The notes under the pieces were generated by a model. It saw only the letters and a list, made by a program, of their open reading frames with translations. It had not been told where the DNA came from and made no database searches. A program made the translations under genes and the position numbers. A stretch of 64,000 nt of DNA. Origin: Callorhinchus milii. Taxonomy: Eukaryota. Location of the stretch: the NCBI RefSeq assembly GCF_018977255.1, contig NW_024704742.1:102240001-102304000 (forward strand), written 5' to 3'. Below are positions 35,576 to 50,400 of the stretch, piece by piece (positions within the stretch are counted from its first letter, which is position 1; the number at the start of each line of letters is the position of its first letter).

Positions 35576-37555
35576 TCAAAATCAAAACGGTTCTGCAGAG
35601 AAGCATCGCAAGTTAAAGTTGAATGTACATTATGTACGTTTGCTTTGGTGAAATGTAAAGAGAAATGTCTGCTGTCAAACACTGTTAGGATTGTAAATGG
35701 ATTGGTTAATATTCAGAAGAACTCTGTTCCTCCATCAGCTGCTTCTGCATTTCGCACGTTCCCCTTTTTAAAAGCCCATTAATGAGAGAGTAGCATGAAA
35801 AATATTTTTTGGCCCTTTAATAACCCACTAACTTGAGCATTACCAAACATCATGAAACATTCAACAGAAGTCTATTACCCATGCCCTAGGGCACAAGAAC
35901 AAATAATATCAGCTACTGGCTCTATTGCTGCTGGGTTCTTACCACTGGTTGAGCCAGTGTTGATGTTCTGATGACTCACACCAGAAATAATGGGAAAAAG
36001 CAGTGGAGGTCAACATCAAATGTTCTTTAGCATGTGAAAAATATAGATGGATATTAATCCAACAAATGTAGCATGGATTTAAAGTTGCAGCAAATAGCTT
36101 ACATGTCTTACTTTCCTAGATATCTATAATTTATAGAAGATCCTGCATTTGAAAATTTCTGAACATGATGTTTGTTCTGTGAGTGAATAACTCATGCTGA
36201 ATGATTGCACAGACCTTATGTTATGCTTAACAATATCCTCTACGGCATTCTATTTATACAATTTATATGTGATCGTATTAAAAATTAAAAAGAAATACAC
36301 CTATTAAGATTTCAGGTTTTGTTTTGTTTATTCAATAGGTAATTGCAGTGTGGACTGGCCCTGAATCATACACAGTAGGCAGGTTCCAGATCTGATCCCG
36401 GTGTTGTGCTGAGTTAGCTGGTCTCAGCCATGACAAGGTACTTGCCATTCCTAGACCAGGGAGGAGAAAATTCACTGATAGTTCCTGCCATACGCAATAC
36501 AATACCACATTTGTGTAGTGCCTTTCATGTTGGCAGGACATCCCAAGGCGCTGGAAGATCCTGCATGTTCAGAAGTATGTTCAGAAGTGTGATGAGGATA
36601 TTGAAGTCTTAGTTGGAACTTCTTGTCTCAATCGCTCCACTTCTTTGTCTCCAGATTGCACCTGAAGACCTTCCTCTGGTTCGTGTCTACAGCCACCTCT
36701 CGTATCTCCCTGTTATCTGGTAACTGGATTATCAAACCAAGGTGTCAAACTCCACCATTGATGTACTCTGAGATGCTACCCCACATGAAGAATGCAAAAA
36801 AAATGCAAGTTGTTGTAATTTGCGATAATCACAAACTAAAGTTATTGCATTAATTGAAATGTCTGATTTTCAACTTCTAACTTGTAGTTGGTGAATTGTA
36901 AATTTGAAGTTGGCAACTTTTGTCCAAAAAAGGCTATTAAGCAATAACGCTCAGTCAATTTCACTGATATCAACATTGGGAACAGTGTCCATGGGGAGCA
37001 GCCTATGGCATGTCCTGATCATCTATGCCACTCTGACAAAGGGAGAAAGACTTTTGTGTCAGGAGAACATCTCAAAAGACTCCATACAGCTGACTGTGAG
37101 TCTGAGCTGGAGAATGGGTGAGCTGAGGAAGGTGAGGAAAACCTGAAATACAACTGGAAGTTGATGCCTTAGTTTAATAATCCAGTTACCAGTTAAAACA
37201 TTCAGACTTTTTTACCTGAGTTCAACTAATCATGTGGGTTAAAAATGACATCAATTTGATAGATGGAGGAGGTCAAACAACCAAAAGGTCTCTTCAAGTG
37301 GTGAGACAACTCGAAGAAAATACTGAGATCAACTCTGAACTGTGTGATTTGCAAACAAGCTACACACATGGTAACCAATTATCCTCCTAAATTTGAGCTG
37401 GATCTCATCATCTCTCCTGTTGATGGGATCTCATGTTAGTATTATCCCAAGATAAATATTCAGAGAACTTGCAGTTTGTCAACCTGTGGAGCGCTTTTCC
37501 TGTGTTCCAGCAATGGTTTCCTATGTCACCTTGTTCTATGGTACAATTTTAATCG

Positions 37556-37918
37556 TAATAATAATAATCCTTGCATTTGATATAGCGCCTTATCACGTCT
37601 TCGAGACGTCTCAAAGCACTTCACAAAATATACGGTAGTGAATTGACTGTATATTTTGTGGGCAAAATGCGGCAGCCAATTGTACACAGCAGTGTCCCAC
37701 AAACAGTCGTGGATTGAAGTGACCAATTTTTTTGAAGGAATTATTATTACCCCCAGAAAAGTGATCTACCAATCGACTAATAACTGGGTTCCTACTTACT
37801 GCTGGGTAAAGAGAGGCGTGTGGAGTAAGGAAACTTGCACAACATTTTACCCTACCGGGAATCGAACCCAGGTCTCTCGCTTGCGAGGCGAGTGCTCTAA
37901 CCATTGAGCTACAGGACT
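37556..37918 (-). mobile_element. tRNA-Ala/CORE-like SINE, full long form
   Basis: Head with anticodon arm ctcgc-ctcgcaa-gcgag (CGC), CORE-like segment, Deu-SINE-type 3' half, (TAT)n tail. Confidence 0.92.
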
Positions 37919-38447
37919 CTTTGTATATATTAGAGAGAAAGCAAGAGAGAGACAAAAATGTGGTATGTGATAATTGTCACTGGCAATAATTATTCCATCA
38001 GAGCAGATTTTTCACCCCAGTTACACATACATACATTTAAATCAGCTCTGGCAGTATTACATGCCTTCACCAGCCATATCAAAGCATAGCACTTACTGAT
38101 TTTTGTGTAATGACAGAGAATATCTTGTATCATTTTGTTCCATTTCATTTGCCAGCCTCGCGACAGTAGGTGAAAGCTCAAATATGGCATGCACCACAGA
38201 AGTTGTTAATAACAGAGCAGAATTGTGCGATGGTAATACCTTTTAGGATAATTGTATGTGATGGAAATCTATTTTTAACAAATTTACAGTTACATTTAGA
38301 TCCTTCAGTATTTCCAAAGTGACTGTGGGGCCCACAAATTACATCTGTAACTTGTTATTCACTTTAAAATGTCTGTGGGATAAAGTGTGTGAGGTTGTCT
38401 TTGAACTGACATCATTTGTGCTTTAGAGTTACACAGGAAAACTAGGA

Positions 38448-38725
38448 AATAATAATCCTTGCATTTGATATAGCGCTTTTCACGTCGGGAGGACGTCCCA
38501 AAGCGCTTCACAGAACACACTGTAAAGTGAATTGACTGTATATTTGTGGGCGAACGCGGCAGCCAATTGCGCACAGCAATGTCCCACAGACAGTCGTAGA
38601 TTGAAATGACCTATTTATTATTGTTTTTTTTGTTTTGGAGGGATTAGTATTAGGCGTGTGGAGTAAGGAAACTTGCCCAAGGTTTCGCCCTGCCTGGAAT
38701 TGAACTCAGGTGTCTCGCTTGCAAA
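38448..38725 (-). mobile_element. tRNA-Ala SINE, short form, 5'-truncated in the head
   Basis: Closely matches 2043-2343 and 63512-63822. Confidence 0.92.
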
Positions 38726-40664
38726 TGTTTGTAGAAGATTGTTTTGCACAAATTAGCTGTTGCGTTTAAGCTTTTGTGTTTCGAATGTGTAAATCATTAT
38801 GCTTTTCAGTATATCATGTGAAGTGCATGATGTCCTCATCAGATGTCCTCTGGAGATGTCCTCCAGATGTGAAAGACATTATTCCAAATGTAAGATTCAT
38901 TTATTTAGAAGCAGTTTGATTATCCCTCTGAAGTATAAATATGGAAGATATGATTGATACAGATCCCAATGTGAAGTGGAAACTCCAAATCAGACCTCCT
39001 GCTTCACATCCATTGTTTAAATAAAACATGAAAGTCATATGAAGTTGTGTATCATTTTGTGAGTTAAGAGGGTTGCTGAATCTTGACTTTAGTTTATCAG
39101 GTTTGAACCTCAGCAGAGCTTGGCACAGAGGGATTGAATATCTGTTGTTTGTTGACAATGAGGTTCTTTAATGCACCATATTCCCAGCTCAATTTATCTG
39201 AGTATATTTGCACTAAAACAGGCAATTTGTTATTGCAAAATAAGAGCAGCCATCCAAAGTCTATGTCCTAATACTTCATTATACAAGGTGTAGATGCTAA
39301 AAGCTAGGTGGCTTAAGTTGGCTTTAACAACAGTTGTTGATACCGAATAGCTGCTTTGACCAGAACAGTATTTTTCTTTGCCACTTGAGTGTGTCAGTCA
39401 CCGAACTGATCAATGCAAAGGGAAATTTGTAGCTGCTACAAATGTAGCACAATTTGGTATTTGCGAACACCCAATTTTACTTGGGGGATTGTTGGCCGGG
39501 ACTCCAGGAGAAACTCCCTTCTCTTTAGAATAATGTCATAAAATATTTAACCTTCACTTGAACAAATTGACAGGTTCTTGGGTTAGCATCTCAACCCAAG
39601 GACAGCATTGTAGAATTTGCTCAGCACAAAACTAGAGTCTCAGCTTAAGCTTCGAGTTTCTGTTATTAAGGAATTCACTTAAGAAATGATGAAAATGAGT
39701 CCCCATTGTGACTGATTATTTTGAGAATTATTGAACCGTGAAGTGTGTTTTTTGAGTTTAATTGACTCTGCTCATAGGACAAGGGTTAAGCACTTAGTCC
39801 CTCAAGGCTAAAGTGTACTGCAAGTTTGTTCATGTTTGAGAAGCGGTTACATTTACACAGGTCTTTAGGCCATTAAAGGAATTACTGCCCGCAGGATATT
39901 AAGCCATGAGAGAACTGAGAATGAATGGACAGAGTACTTGTGGGTCATTTTATCTTGTACTTTTTCATGATGGATCATCATTGTCGTCATTAAAGCTCTC
40001 CAGTATGGTACCAGCCATTGAAAATGAAACTGACCTCAGTATTAGTGATCTGGAACAGACGATTGCACACTATTTTCTAAGTTAAATGCAATTACGACGT
40101 AATCTGATATGCTTGATGTCTGCAACACTTTTGCAGAAGCTTCTGATGGTTTTTCTTGTCCTAACTGGTTTGTTTTGAAGCTCACTCTTTGCCACTTTCA
40201 AAGATTGGTTCAAAGATAACAGTCTACCTTTCGGCACTGCATCGATACAGCTCACACATCTACCAAGAGATCACTCAAGGGAGAAAGAATAAATGGCTTT
40301 GTTGTACAGTACATTAGGCCTCTGTGAAATGTAACTGTACTACTGTTGTTCTGTATTTAATGAGCTCCATTAGTCACACGCAGGATGAAGATGATACATT
40401 ACATTTGACTAACAGAAATAAAGACATTCAAATGCAAGCTTTTAAGTAAAGCAGGACTTTCTTAAGATGTTCAGCATTGAGTTACTTTACCATTAAGTAC
40501 TTATTGGTAGAAAGATTACAGAGGCAACTGTTGGTCCTTTTGTTTTGACAAAGTATGTCATCTTATAATGTATTAATTTTTTAATGTTTGTCATCTTATC
40601 TAACTATGCATATAGTTTATAACTCTTGACAGACATTGTGGGATACATGAATGTATTGATTTGG

Positions 40665-41070
40665 ATTAGTTGGTAGCACCGTTGCCTCTAAGCCAAAGAA
40701 GTGTGGGCTTGAGTCCTTCGCCAGGACTTCAACCACCTCGACTGATGGACCAGCCAGTAGTGAGAGCGTGCTGCATTGTCTTGGAGGTACCATCTTTTGG
40801 ATGAGACAACTGATACCCTGTGTGCCTGTTCTGCTGGTTCAGATGGCGTTAAAGATCCGTCATGTCCTGATTAATACCCTTTCCACACATACAAACTCAC
40901 CAAAGAAACACTGATAAATTGATCAATTACATCATTCATCTCATTGTTCTCAAATAGCTGTCACTCATGTCTACAAAATACAAAGCATTGAACTTCAAAA
41001 AGTAGTTCATTGTGGGAAGCTATTTTGAGATGTTTCAATATGATAAGGCATTATATGAAATGTAAATATT
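40665..41070 (+). mobile_element. Old Deu-domain SINE
   Basis: agttggtagcaccgttgcctct head; gctgcattgtcttggaggtaccatcttttggatgagac Deu motif; L2-like tail. Confidence 0.7.
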
Positions 41071-43142
41071 ACTATTGGAATGCTGTCTGCAATATAATAA
41101 GAAGGTGAATAGCTCATTCACTACTCAAATAATAGTTATGTGATGCACACAAAGACTGTGTGAGGTGTCATTGGTCTGTAAAAAGACATTCATTAGTCAA
41201 GTTAGTCCTGGCCAACAATTCCCCAAAAATCTGGTCATTTGTTTTGTGGCTGTTTGTGGGGCAGTGCTGTGCAAAATGGGCTGCTGAAATTCACCTACAA
41301 ATACACAGTCATTCCACTTCACAGTAAATCCTATGAAATGCTTTGAGATGTCCTCCTGATGTGAAAGCCACTGTACCAAATGCAAGAATTGTTATTGATT
41401 ATTAGTCCATATGCGATCAATATAAAAATGGCAAAAATTCACTATGAGGCTGGCATATGACTATTAAGCTGCAAGAAGGCAGGGTCAGATAATACAGAAG
41501 GACAAGGAGTGTAAAGATTTGCCAGAAGCAAGTACACCGTAACCACTAATGTATCACAGCTGCCTAACTCACTTCTCTCAGCAGAAGTCTAAATGTGTCA
41601 TTCATTACCATTATCCCTTAAATAAATTGCACTTATCTTATTAACAATCATTTCTCCCATTGCTCAAATTGGTAAGTAGGTTCAGGATGAGGTTGGATTG
41701 CTGATCGAGGAGATGTGTGACCTTGCCTTCAGAAAATGATCACTTTGTGGTGAAGCTCTGAACTGAGCACAATTGGAAGAGATGCACAGACAGGTTGCTC
41801 ACATTTCTCAATGGTTATGATAACCAAAAGCCCACAGCCATGCCTGTCACTCCAGTCAGCCTGCTGTAGTCAGCCTTAGCTTTGAGCCAAGTGGAGTGAA
41901 TGCCTTTTGACATTGGAGCATTATGCCTAAGAGTGAAATGTGCTGTGACTTCTGCTGCTCTTTCATATTGTGGATACCAGGGGGTTCCTGCGTCCAGAAA
42001 GAATTCACCAGAGAGCACCTGAACAAAATAATGTTCTGTTTAATACCCACATGACTTGAAGTCATCGGGTTCTAATGGTGCGCAAACTGCGTAGTATTTT
42101 TTGGATTTTCGGAAATAACAGTAACAGAGACAAGCCTACAAATCAATCTTCTGCTCCTGGCTTTTCTTTTCACGATTCCACAATTGTTGTTTGGCTCGAG
42201 ATAAAAAATGCGGTTAATGTATACATAATGTCTTGATATCATTGCACTTTATTTGTTGAATACGTGGAGGCAAATGGAGTACAGACTCTGAGTTGTGTCT
42301 TGTCAGATCCAGAGCTGGGAACGTCAGCATCTGTACATGCTAGTTGCCTCTGGAGGCAAGCTAGAAATGTAACAGCAGTATTAACAGGTTTAGAGTAATC
42401 TTTTCCATAAAAGTAAATAAGACTTCCAAGAAACCAAGGCCTTGTTAACCTTGGTTTTCAGTGTTCTGCAGGAAATGTGATCAGTGATTTGTCTTTGATG
42501 ATGTCTTTGCCTGATGATGTGACTGGGCAAGCACTTAAACAAATAGGATCTTCTTTAGATAGCCAGGCTTTGCATTGTACTTCAAAGTCAGACCACAACA
42601 TGTGATAGCATAACCCTGCTTGCATCCTGCTCTGACTCATGCAAATGATCCACTAGAGCAGCCCCAGGTCACAGATGTGTTCTTCCTTTTTTTAAAATAA
42701 TTTTGGGAAACTTCAGTTCTTTAGGAGTAAAAATACCTGGTCATTTCAAATTGGATCGTTTAATAATTCTCTCTGACACGCAGAAAATTCTCTCTGAGGG
42801 AACCTCTTCTGGAAGGCACACGAATCAGCAGTAACTCTTCTCCGGAAGTTACAGAGGCACAGAAACACACTATTTGCCCAACTATTCTGTGCCTGAAGTA
42901 AATTACACAGTAACATCCAAATGTTCACACACGTGAAAATTCTATTTGCTACTTGTCCCCAATCCTCCCTCCACCTGCCCACACCACCACCCCACAGCCC
43001 CTTCACGAAGGACAGAGCAGTAAAAAGAGAGATGGTGTGGCACAAAATGAAAAGCTTCTCTAGTTTGGCACAATAATCTGCAGCATAGTAGCATAATATA
43101 AAGATATCACAAGTCCTAAGTATAAGACAGAAATAGTCCTCA

Positions 43143-44200
43143 TCATTCATAGAATTATACAGCATAGAAAAAGGCCATTTCAGCCCACGGTGTCTGACCG
43201 GATCTTTGAAAAGAGCTATCCAATTCAATCCCACTCCCCTGGCCTCTCCCCAGAGCCCTGCAAACTTGTCTTCCCCAAATAATTATCTGCTTCTCTCTTA
43301 AAGTTATTATCGAATTGACTTTCACCACTCTTTCAGGCAATGGATTCGACATCCGAACCACTCGCTATGTGAAACAATTTTTCCTCATGTCCCCTTTTTT
43401 TTAACAACTATTTTAAATTGGTGTCCTCGGGTTACTAACCCACCCGCTAGTGGAAATAGTTTCTTATTGCTCACCCTATCCAATCCCCTCTTAACTTGGC
43501 AAAACTTCTATAAAGTCTACTCTTAATCTTCTGTGCTCCAAGTAGAATAATCCTAGCTTCTCTAGCCTCTCCTCATAACTGAAGTCTCTCATTCCTGGTA
43601 CCATCATGGAAAACCTCCTTTGCACCCTCTCCAATGCTTTGACATCCTTCCTAAAGTATGATACCCAGAGCTGAACCGAGTACTCTAGTTGAGGCCTAAC
43701 CAGTGCTTTATAAAGCTTCATCATAACTTCCTGATTTTTGTATCCTATGCCCCTGTTTATAAAGCCTAGTATCCCATATGCTTTTTTAACAGCGTTATCT
43801 ATCTGTCCTGCGACCTTCAAAGATTTACTTATATGAACCCCCAGATCTCTCTGTTCCTTCACCCCCTTTAAGATTGTACCATCAGCTTATATTGCCTCTC
43901 CTCATTCTTCCTCCCCAAATGCATTACTTCATATTTCTCCACATTAAACATCATCTACCACGTATGTGCCATTTTACCAGTCTGTCTATGTCCTCTTGGG
44001 GTCTGCTACTACCTTCCTCACCGTTTACTACTTTTCCTAGCTTAGTATCATCTGCAAACTTGGAAATTGTACTCCCTGTACCCAGTCCAGGTAATTTATA
44101 TATGTACCCAATACCGCCTCCTGAGGGACTCCACTGCACACTCCCCTCCAGTTAGCAAAACAATCGTTCCCCACCACACTCTGCTTTCTGTCTGGCCAGA
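43143..44200 (-). mobile_element. 5'-truncated CR1 LINE
   Basis: ISKFADDTKLG; QRDLGVHISKSLKV..LYKALVRPQLEYSVQLW..SYEERLEKLGLF; CR1 3' end. Confidence 0.93.
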
Positions 44201-47200
44201 TATAAACTTCCTGGTTGCTCGGTTAGTAAATCACACAAGTCCCATTGAGCCACAAAGATCAGGAAGGTGCCATAGTGTTACTCTGATGTATGATGAGTCT
44301 GATGATTTCCAGTGGAATGATAGAATGGGGAGTGCTATCATTTGCCTCAGTATCTCTGTGCTAGGGGTTGTCACTCAAGTGGGCAATATGGACATTGGCT
44401 TCCGTGCCTCAATATAAACAGCTGACACTCTCTTGGCCCACAGATGAAAGATAGCCACTTGGGTGAGATACTGGAGAACTGCCTGAAACATGGGATCTAT
44501 ATTTGGGGGAAAAATTTGGGAAGAACTAAGGAGAAACTAGCCTTGAAGTTAGACATTTTATTGAACTATTTAGTGAAGGAGTTTAAAGTTCTTCTATGTA
44601 TCCTGTGATACTGAAATGTTTCTGCACTGTAACTATAACTGAGGTTCTTGTTGTTTCCTTACACAAACTATTCTCAAACAATGTTATTTAGATTTGGTCA
44701 CTCACTCCACTGTTTGTGGGATTCAGATGTGTGCAATTGGCTGGTGCATTTTGCCCACAAAATACACAGTCAATCCACTTTACAATATATTCTGTGAAGC
44801 ACTTTGAGACATCTCAATAACATGATACAAAGCTATATCAAATGTAAACATTATTATTATTAGATATACGTTACTAGATCAATCAAGCTCTTTCTACTGT
44901 ATGTATGTGAGAATTGTTCATCCTCAATCACTGAACTCAAAAGAGGTTTTGTATTTTATGAAGCATTATCAGTATTTTATCCTGCATTTTAAAGCAAAAA
45001 ATGTTCAAAACTAAAATTATATCTGCCTTCAGTGTTAGTGGCAATTCAGATGCATTTAAGGAACTCTTCTAATGAGACTGTAATAGAAGTAAATTTTAAA
45101 GCAGTCTGGCTACTGATCTCCAGTACCTCAGGCGCTCTTTAAAAACCATCACAAATGCTTTAAAATGACCTGGATTTCACTAACGTTTGATGTAGCGCTT
45201 AAAGTTTCAGGTTAAATGTTACAGTCCAAATAATGACAGGAACACATTGCTTCCACAGTGTTTAGCTCATGGCTTGAATAACTTAACAAAACTCAGAGAT
45301 GGAATTGGGGGCATTTCATTTGCGCTTTCATTTTTAAACGCTCTGCAAATGTGGAATTTTAGATGAGCTAGGGTCGATTTCATATAATCTTGTCATTTGG
45401 AAAAGCTACTTTTGTACAGATTCCCACTTTGAATGGTGGGAGCTACTCTAATTTCCGTAAGTTTATTCTCCCCACTCCCCCCCACCACACCCTCCATAAG
45501 TGTGGTGTTGCTCTGGTATTTTGTTTGTGGGTGTGCTCAAATATGTCCACAAATATTACTTTTAATCATATTGAAGTGGGTGTAAAAGCATTTTACAGTG
45601 AATGCAGCAAGGCCAGGAATTTGGTGGCAGTGCTGAACCCCGTAACCCTCTAAACAATGCCTAAATTAGAGAAAGCATTCCTGACCGAGATATTAGAAGA
45701 GCCCTGTAAGGTGATTGTGTTCAATGAAATAAAAATAGCTTACATTTTATAACTTCTGTATCAAGTTTAAAAATTCTTCAGACTATTTATCGTTAACTGA
45801 TATAATTAATTGATAAGACTAGTGCAACAAGAATCTGTTGTCAAACAATGTCATACTGTTAAAATTCTTATTAATAACTGTTTGTAGGTAGACATGGCAG
45901 TCATTTCCCCCTTTGCTCTTTTGCTAATTATGTTAAATTGATGTCCTCTCCTCACTGACTTGAGAACCAATGCAAATAAGTGGTTGCTTGATTTTTTCAT
46001 TTTGTCGTTTTTTATAACATTTGTCATTTTATGTTTTGTATTTACAAAAAACAAGGGGCTCTATATATAACCTCACAATTTTCTGCATTAAATTTGATCT
46101 GCCAAATCAAATCAAATCTGCTTTAAACAATGTCACAGGATATTGAACATCCACCTTAACAGGCAAACAATGTAGTGTTTCATCCAAAAGAAGCTTCCTC
46201 CAACAAACGGCAATCCCCCAGCACGACACTGGAGTGTGGATCAATACAGTGAACTCAAGTTCTGATATGGGGCTTGAGTTCAGACTGGATTCGGTCCAGT
46301 TTAGCCATGCATGCTTTCGTCTGGCTATGCTTTTGGTCGCATTTGCAGAATTTTATTAAAAGAAAGAGGTTACTCTGTCAATAATTTTACCTTTGATGTT
46401 CTCACTCATTCTGTCCTTGTGCAGTATTAATGTCAGTAACAGAGCAAATGGCATTAATGAACCTCTACATTGAGGGGTTTGTGCCCTGAGTCACTACAAA
46501 ACCAGATCTTAGATCAATCGTATAAAATCTTCCCACAACTGCAGTCTCAGAAGAATTTAGATTACATTGATGTTAAAGGAAACATGAACATGTATTTTGG
46601 TGTCTTTTTAAAGGACAATGCTAAGAGATAGCCTGCTGTACATACCTTCTCCTAGCCCTTTTTTGCATCATGGAATCACAGATCAATGGACGCTGTGACC
46701 TTGGTTTGTGTTAAACAGATTGTGTGGTGATCTGTCAATGTGGTGATATAATAATTTGAATCTGTTCCTGAAGCTCAGGCTCTGCTTGCACAAAGATTGC
46801 ACTATAGATCCTATCTGTTCCAGTCAGGCTTTGCCAAAATGAATCAAAAGGCTTCTATCATCAAGCATGTGGCAAGTAATGTACAACATGAAGCACAGCA
46901 CAGCGCTGGTCTATGATCAATGAAAAGATCGAGGATTGTTACAAATTCTTAGAAAATCTCCTGTACAGCAAATTGAATATTTATTCAGTCAAGCCCACAC
47001 ATCTTTTGCAAGATTTTGCAAGCTTCCCTAAAATGCTTACAAGTGACCATTTTATGAAACGGAATGGGTGTCTGACCCACAAGGCTAGAGAGAAAGCTCA
47101 GACTGCAAATGCTACTGTGCAGGAGCACAAGGCGTATACAAGTAAGGTGCTGCATGCTAGTACAGTGAAACCTGCTAAATGTGGGCATATTTATAATTAA

Positions 47201-47381
47201 AAAAATCCTTGTACTTGATATATATTTGATATATTTCTAAACTGAGTTTTGATTTTGGAAGCTGTTTTTTCCCCGATGCTCTTTAAGAACAATAGAAGAC
47301 CATTTTTCAAATAAAAACTGAATTCAAGAATTTTCTAAAATTCAATTTGATCTTACATTTTAGACAAAGGTCAGAAAGCCA

Positions 47382-47782
47382 GAATCCTTGCACTTTCATG
47401 TCAGGAGGATGTCTTAAAGTGCTTGACAGGATTTATTGTGAAGCAGAGTGAGTGTGTTTTCGTAGGTGAGGGTGGCAGCCCTATTGCACAACAATGACCC
47501 AGAAATAATCATGAAGTGAATGACCAAATTTATTTGGGGGATTGTTGGCCAGGATACTGAGTGAAACTCCCTTCTCTTTTTGAGTAGTGCCATGTAACAT
47601 CCATTTCGCCCGAACAGGCAGACAGGACCTCAGGTTAACATCTCGTCTGAAGAACGGAACCTTCCCCAGCACAGCATTGGAGTGTCATCTTAGATGATGT
47701 AAGTTCATGTTCCAACGTGGGGCTCAAACCCACAACCTTCTGACTCGGAGGCAAGAGTGCTACCAACTGAGCCAGACTGACA
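47382..47782 (-). mobile_element. Near full-length Deu-domain SINE
   Basis: Head (minus strand) tgtcagtctggctcagttggtagcactcttgcctccgagtcagaaggttgtggg, Deu body, tail tgcaaggatt. Confidence 0.85.
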
Positions 47783-48483
47783 CACAAAGCTAAGGGCTAT
47801 GAGATATTTCGGACTTCATATTGTAAAACCTTGGTGCATTTGCAGTAATAGAATATTTTTGCATGTGATTTCTTCAGTCTGATATAACACACCCTGGAGT
47901 CAGGTGCCAATGTTACTAGGGATGTTCGAGGGATTACCTCTAAATCAATGGCAACTGATTAGTTTCTTTCATCTATCTGTGATTGTAATAACCCTAATTA
48001 TAGTGCTGTCCCTTGGAGGCCTGTATTCAATCATATCAAAACAAGCAAGCACTCTAGACTGACGTAAGCAGGGGATGTATGCTGTGTGCCCATTCCTTAC
48101 CATTGATGTCTGTTGGATTGGTTTATTTACACAGCAACTGGGACCAGTTCTGTTAATTGAGATAAATGAAGATCAGTTTGTTGATAGTCTTTGTAAATAG
48201 CAGTACTTGCTTTACATTGCCAAACTGTATTGAATTGCCACAAAGAGAGGATGAATCAGATCCTATTTATCACCATAAACCATGCAAATTTTAGAGAATT
48301 TGAAGAAAATTAAACTCAGCATGGGTGATATTTATTCAGAATTTTCTACATACAAAATTTGTGGTAGTATAACCCCTGCCAGCATTCACATGTTCGTCTG
48401 CAGAGTTAAATGAACACAGCTGCCCTAAGCATATTTGCTTCCACCTCTGACACAAAATACACACAGTCACACCACTTTATAAC

Positions 48484-48892
48484 AATAATCCTTGCATGTG
48501 ATAGTTTGAAATATCATATATTTGAGATATCTCAAAGCATTTCACAGAATATATTGTGATTTGTAGTAACTGTGTAATTTTTGGCCAAAATGCAGCAACC
48601 AATTGCACATAGCAGTGTCACACAAACAGTTGTAGATTGAGTCCCCACGCATTTTTTTTTGGAGGGATTATTACCCGTGGAAAGTGATCGCCAAGCAACA
48701 AAAACGAGAAGATTATATTTGTATAGCACCTTTCACATCGGGAGGACGACTAATAACCGGTTTCCTACTTACTGCTAGGTAAACAGAGGCGTATGGAGTA
48801 AGGAAACATGCCTAAGGTTTTGCCCTGCCCGAGAATCAAATTTGTGTCCTCTTGCTTGAAAGGCGAGGTGCTAACCACTTTGGTACGGGACT
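48484..48892 (-). mobile_element. Long-form tRNA-Ala SINE containing an approximately 50-bp L2 tail insertion (about 48697-48750)
   Basis: SINE body interrupted by tatagcacctttcacatcgggaggacg (reverse complement of the L2 tail). Confidence 0.8.
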
Positions 48893-49149
48893 TTACATTA
48901 TATCCTGCTAAGTGCTTTGAGACATCTCATTGACATGATAGGGCGCAACATCAAATGCAAAGATTATTATTATCTTGCAAACTAGCTTTCAAGGTAGTCA
49001 TTAAGCAAATGACAAAAGCCAATAAAAGGGAATAGCTCAGAAAATTTGATGTATGAGGCAGATATCAGATTGACACAAAGTCATTCACATTATCTACCAT
49101 GCTCCCAGGTCCAGCTTCCATTCCAGGCTTCACAGGTTTATCAACCTCA

Positions 49150-49460
49150 TCCCTGCTCGTCTCCACTGGCTCACCATCCCCCAGCAGACCAACTTCATTC
49201 TCACATTTAAATCACCACACGGCCTTACTTCACCCTACCTCAACAACCTTTTTCACCCTTACCAAGTGACAGATTACTGCTCCATTCCCAGGTCCCTCTG
49301 ACTTGCGTCCTTCCTCCACTACTTCAATGTGTACCTCTTTGACTATGCTTATGGTCACCTTTCCCTCCTCAGCTCCCATTCTCAGCTCTGGTGGCCAGCT
49401 AAAATTGTCCAACACTTTTGGATGCTCTCCTGAAGTAAAAGGCACTTTATAAATGTAAAT
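49150..49460 (+). mobile_element. Old L2 3' fragment
   Basis: ctgctcgtctccactggctcaccatcccccag (ARLHWL) and a degenerate tail. Confidence 0.65.
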
Positions 49461-49874
49461 CGCATTGACTTGTATCTATGTTCCTGGATTGAAACCATTT
49501 CTATAACACAAACGTGGCTGCTGCCTTAGATTCTTTGGAATTTTTCCTGTTATGATGCAAAATGAGACATTCCAGACCACATATCAGTGTTATGGGCACA
49601 TCAATGACCAGTATGAAAGTTTATGAAATTATCCGCATTGTTGAAGGACCCTCTTTGACCTTAGTACTCTCATGTGATACAACCTCAGTAATAAATCCTC
49701 CTCCAGGTCAGTGACCTTATCAAGCCCTTTGTATGGTTCTTGTGGGAGTTCTGCAATGTAAAGATTATAAGACTGAAGATTCCAGCAGACCATAATGTCT
49801 CACGGTATGGAAACTGGTATTGCTCTTCTCGGTCATGTGCAAACAAAGGTTAAAGCGACTGGTTCCATTTGACA

Positions 49875-50400
49875 ATAAAATAAATCATTGCATTTGATAT
49901 CGTACCTTTCATATCGGGGGATATCTTGAATTGCTTCATATGACGTCACTGTAAAGTGTAGTGACTGTGCATTTTGCCCACGAACGCAGCAGTCAGTTTC
50001 ACACATAGCGATGTCCAAAATCGGAGTGAATGATCAATTTTATCTGAGGGATTGTTGGCCAGGACCCCGGGAGAAACTCCCTTCTCTTTTTATTTTTTTA
50101 CAATCATAAATTTTAAAACAAAATGTCCTTAAAGACTAATGCCAGGTAATATTTTGTGCCTCTCGTGTGCTTGAGTTATGAGCATTACAAAATGGTTTAA
50201 TGTACAATATTATATTATTATTATCAAATCATGTCACGGAATCATTAACATCCAGCTGAACAAGCAGATGGGACCTTGGTTTAACATTTCATCCAAAGGA
50301 TGACACCTCCAACACCTGCAACACTCCCCCAGCACTGTATTAGAACATCAGCCTAGACTGTGCCTCAGAGGCAAAAGCACTATCAACTAAGCCAGGCTGG
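49875..50400 (-). mobile_element. Deu-domain SINE interrupted by a 120-bp duplicated segment
   Basis: SINE tail and body to 50091; resumes at about 50225 (aaatcatgtcacgg...) and runs to the head at about 50400. Confidence 0.8.

Noticed and set aside
36904..37146. Possible exon with two open frames and donor-like GTGAG sites
   Set aside because: No convincing acceptor and no recognisable protein similarity
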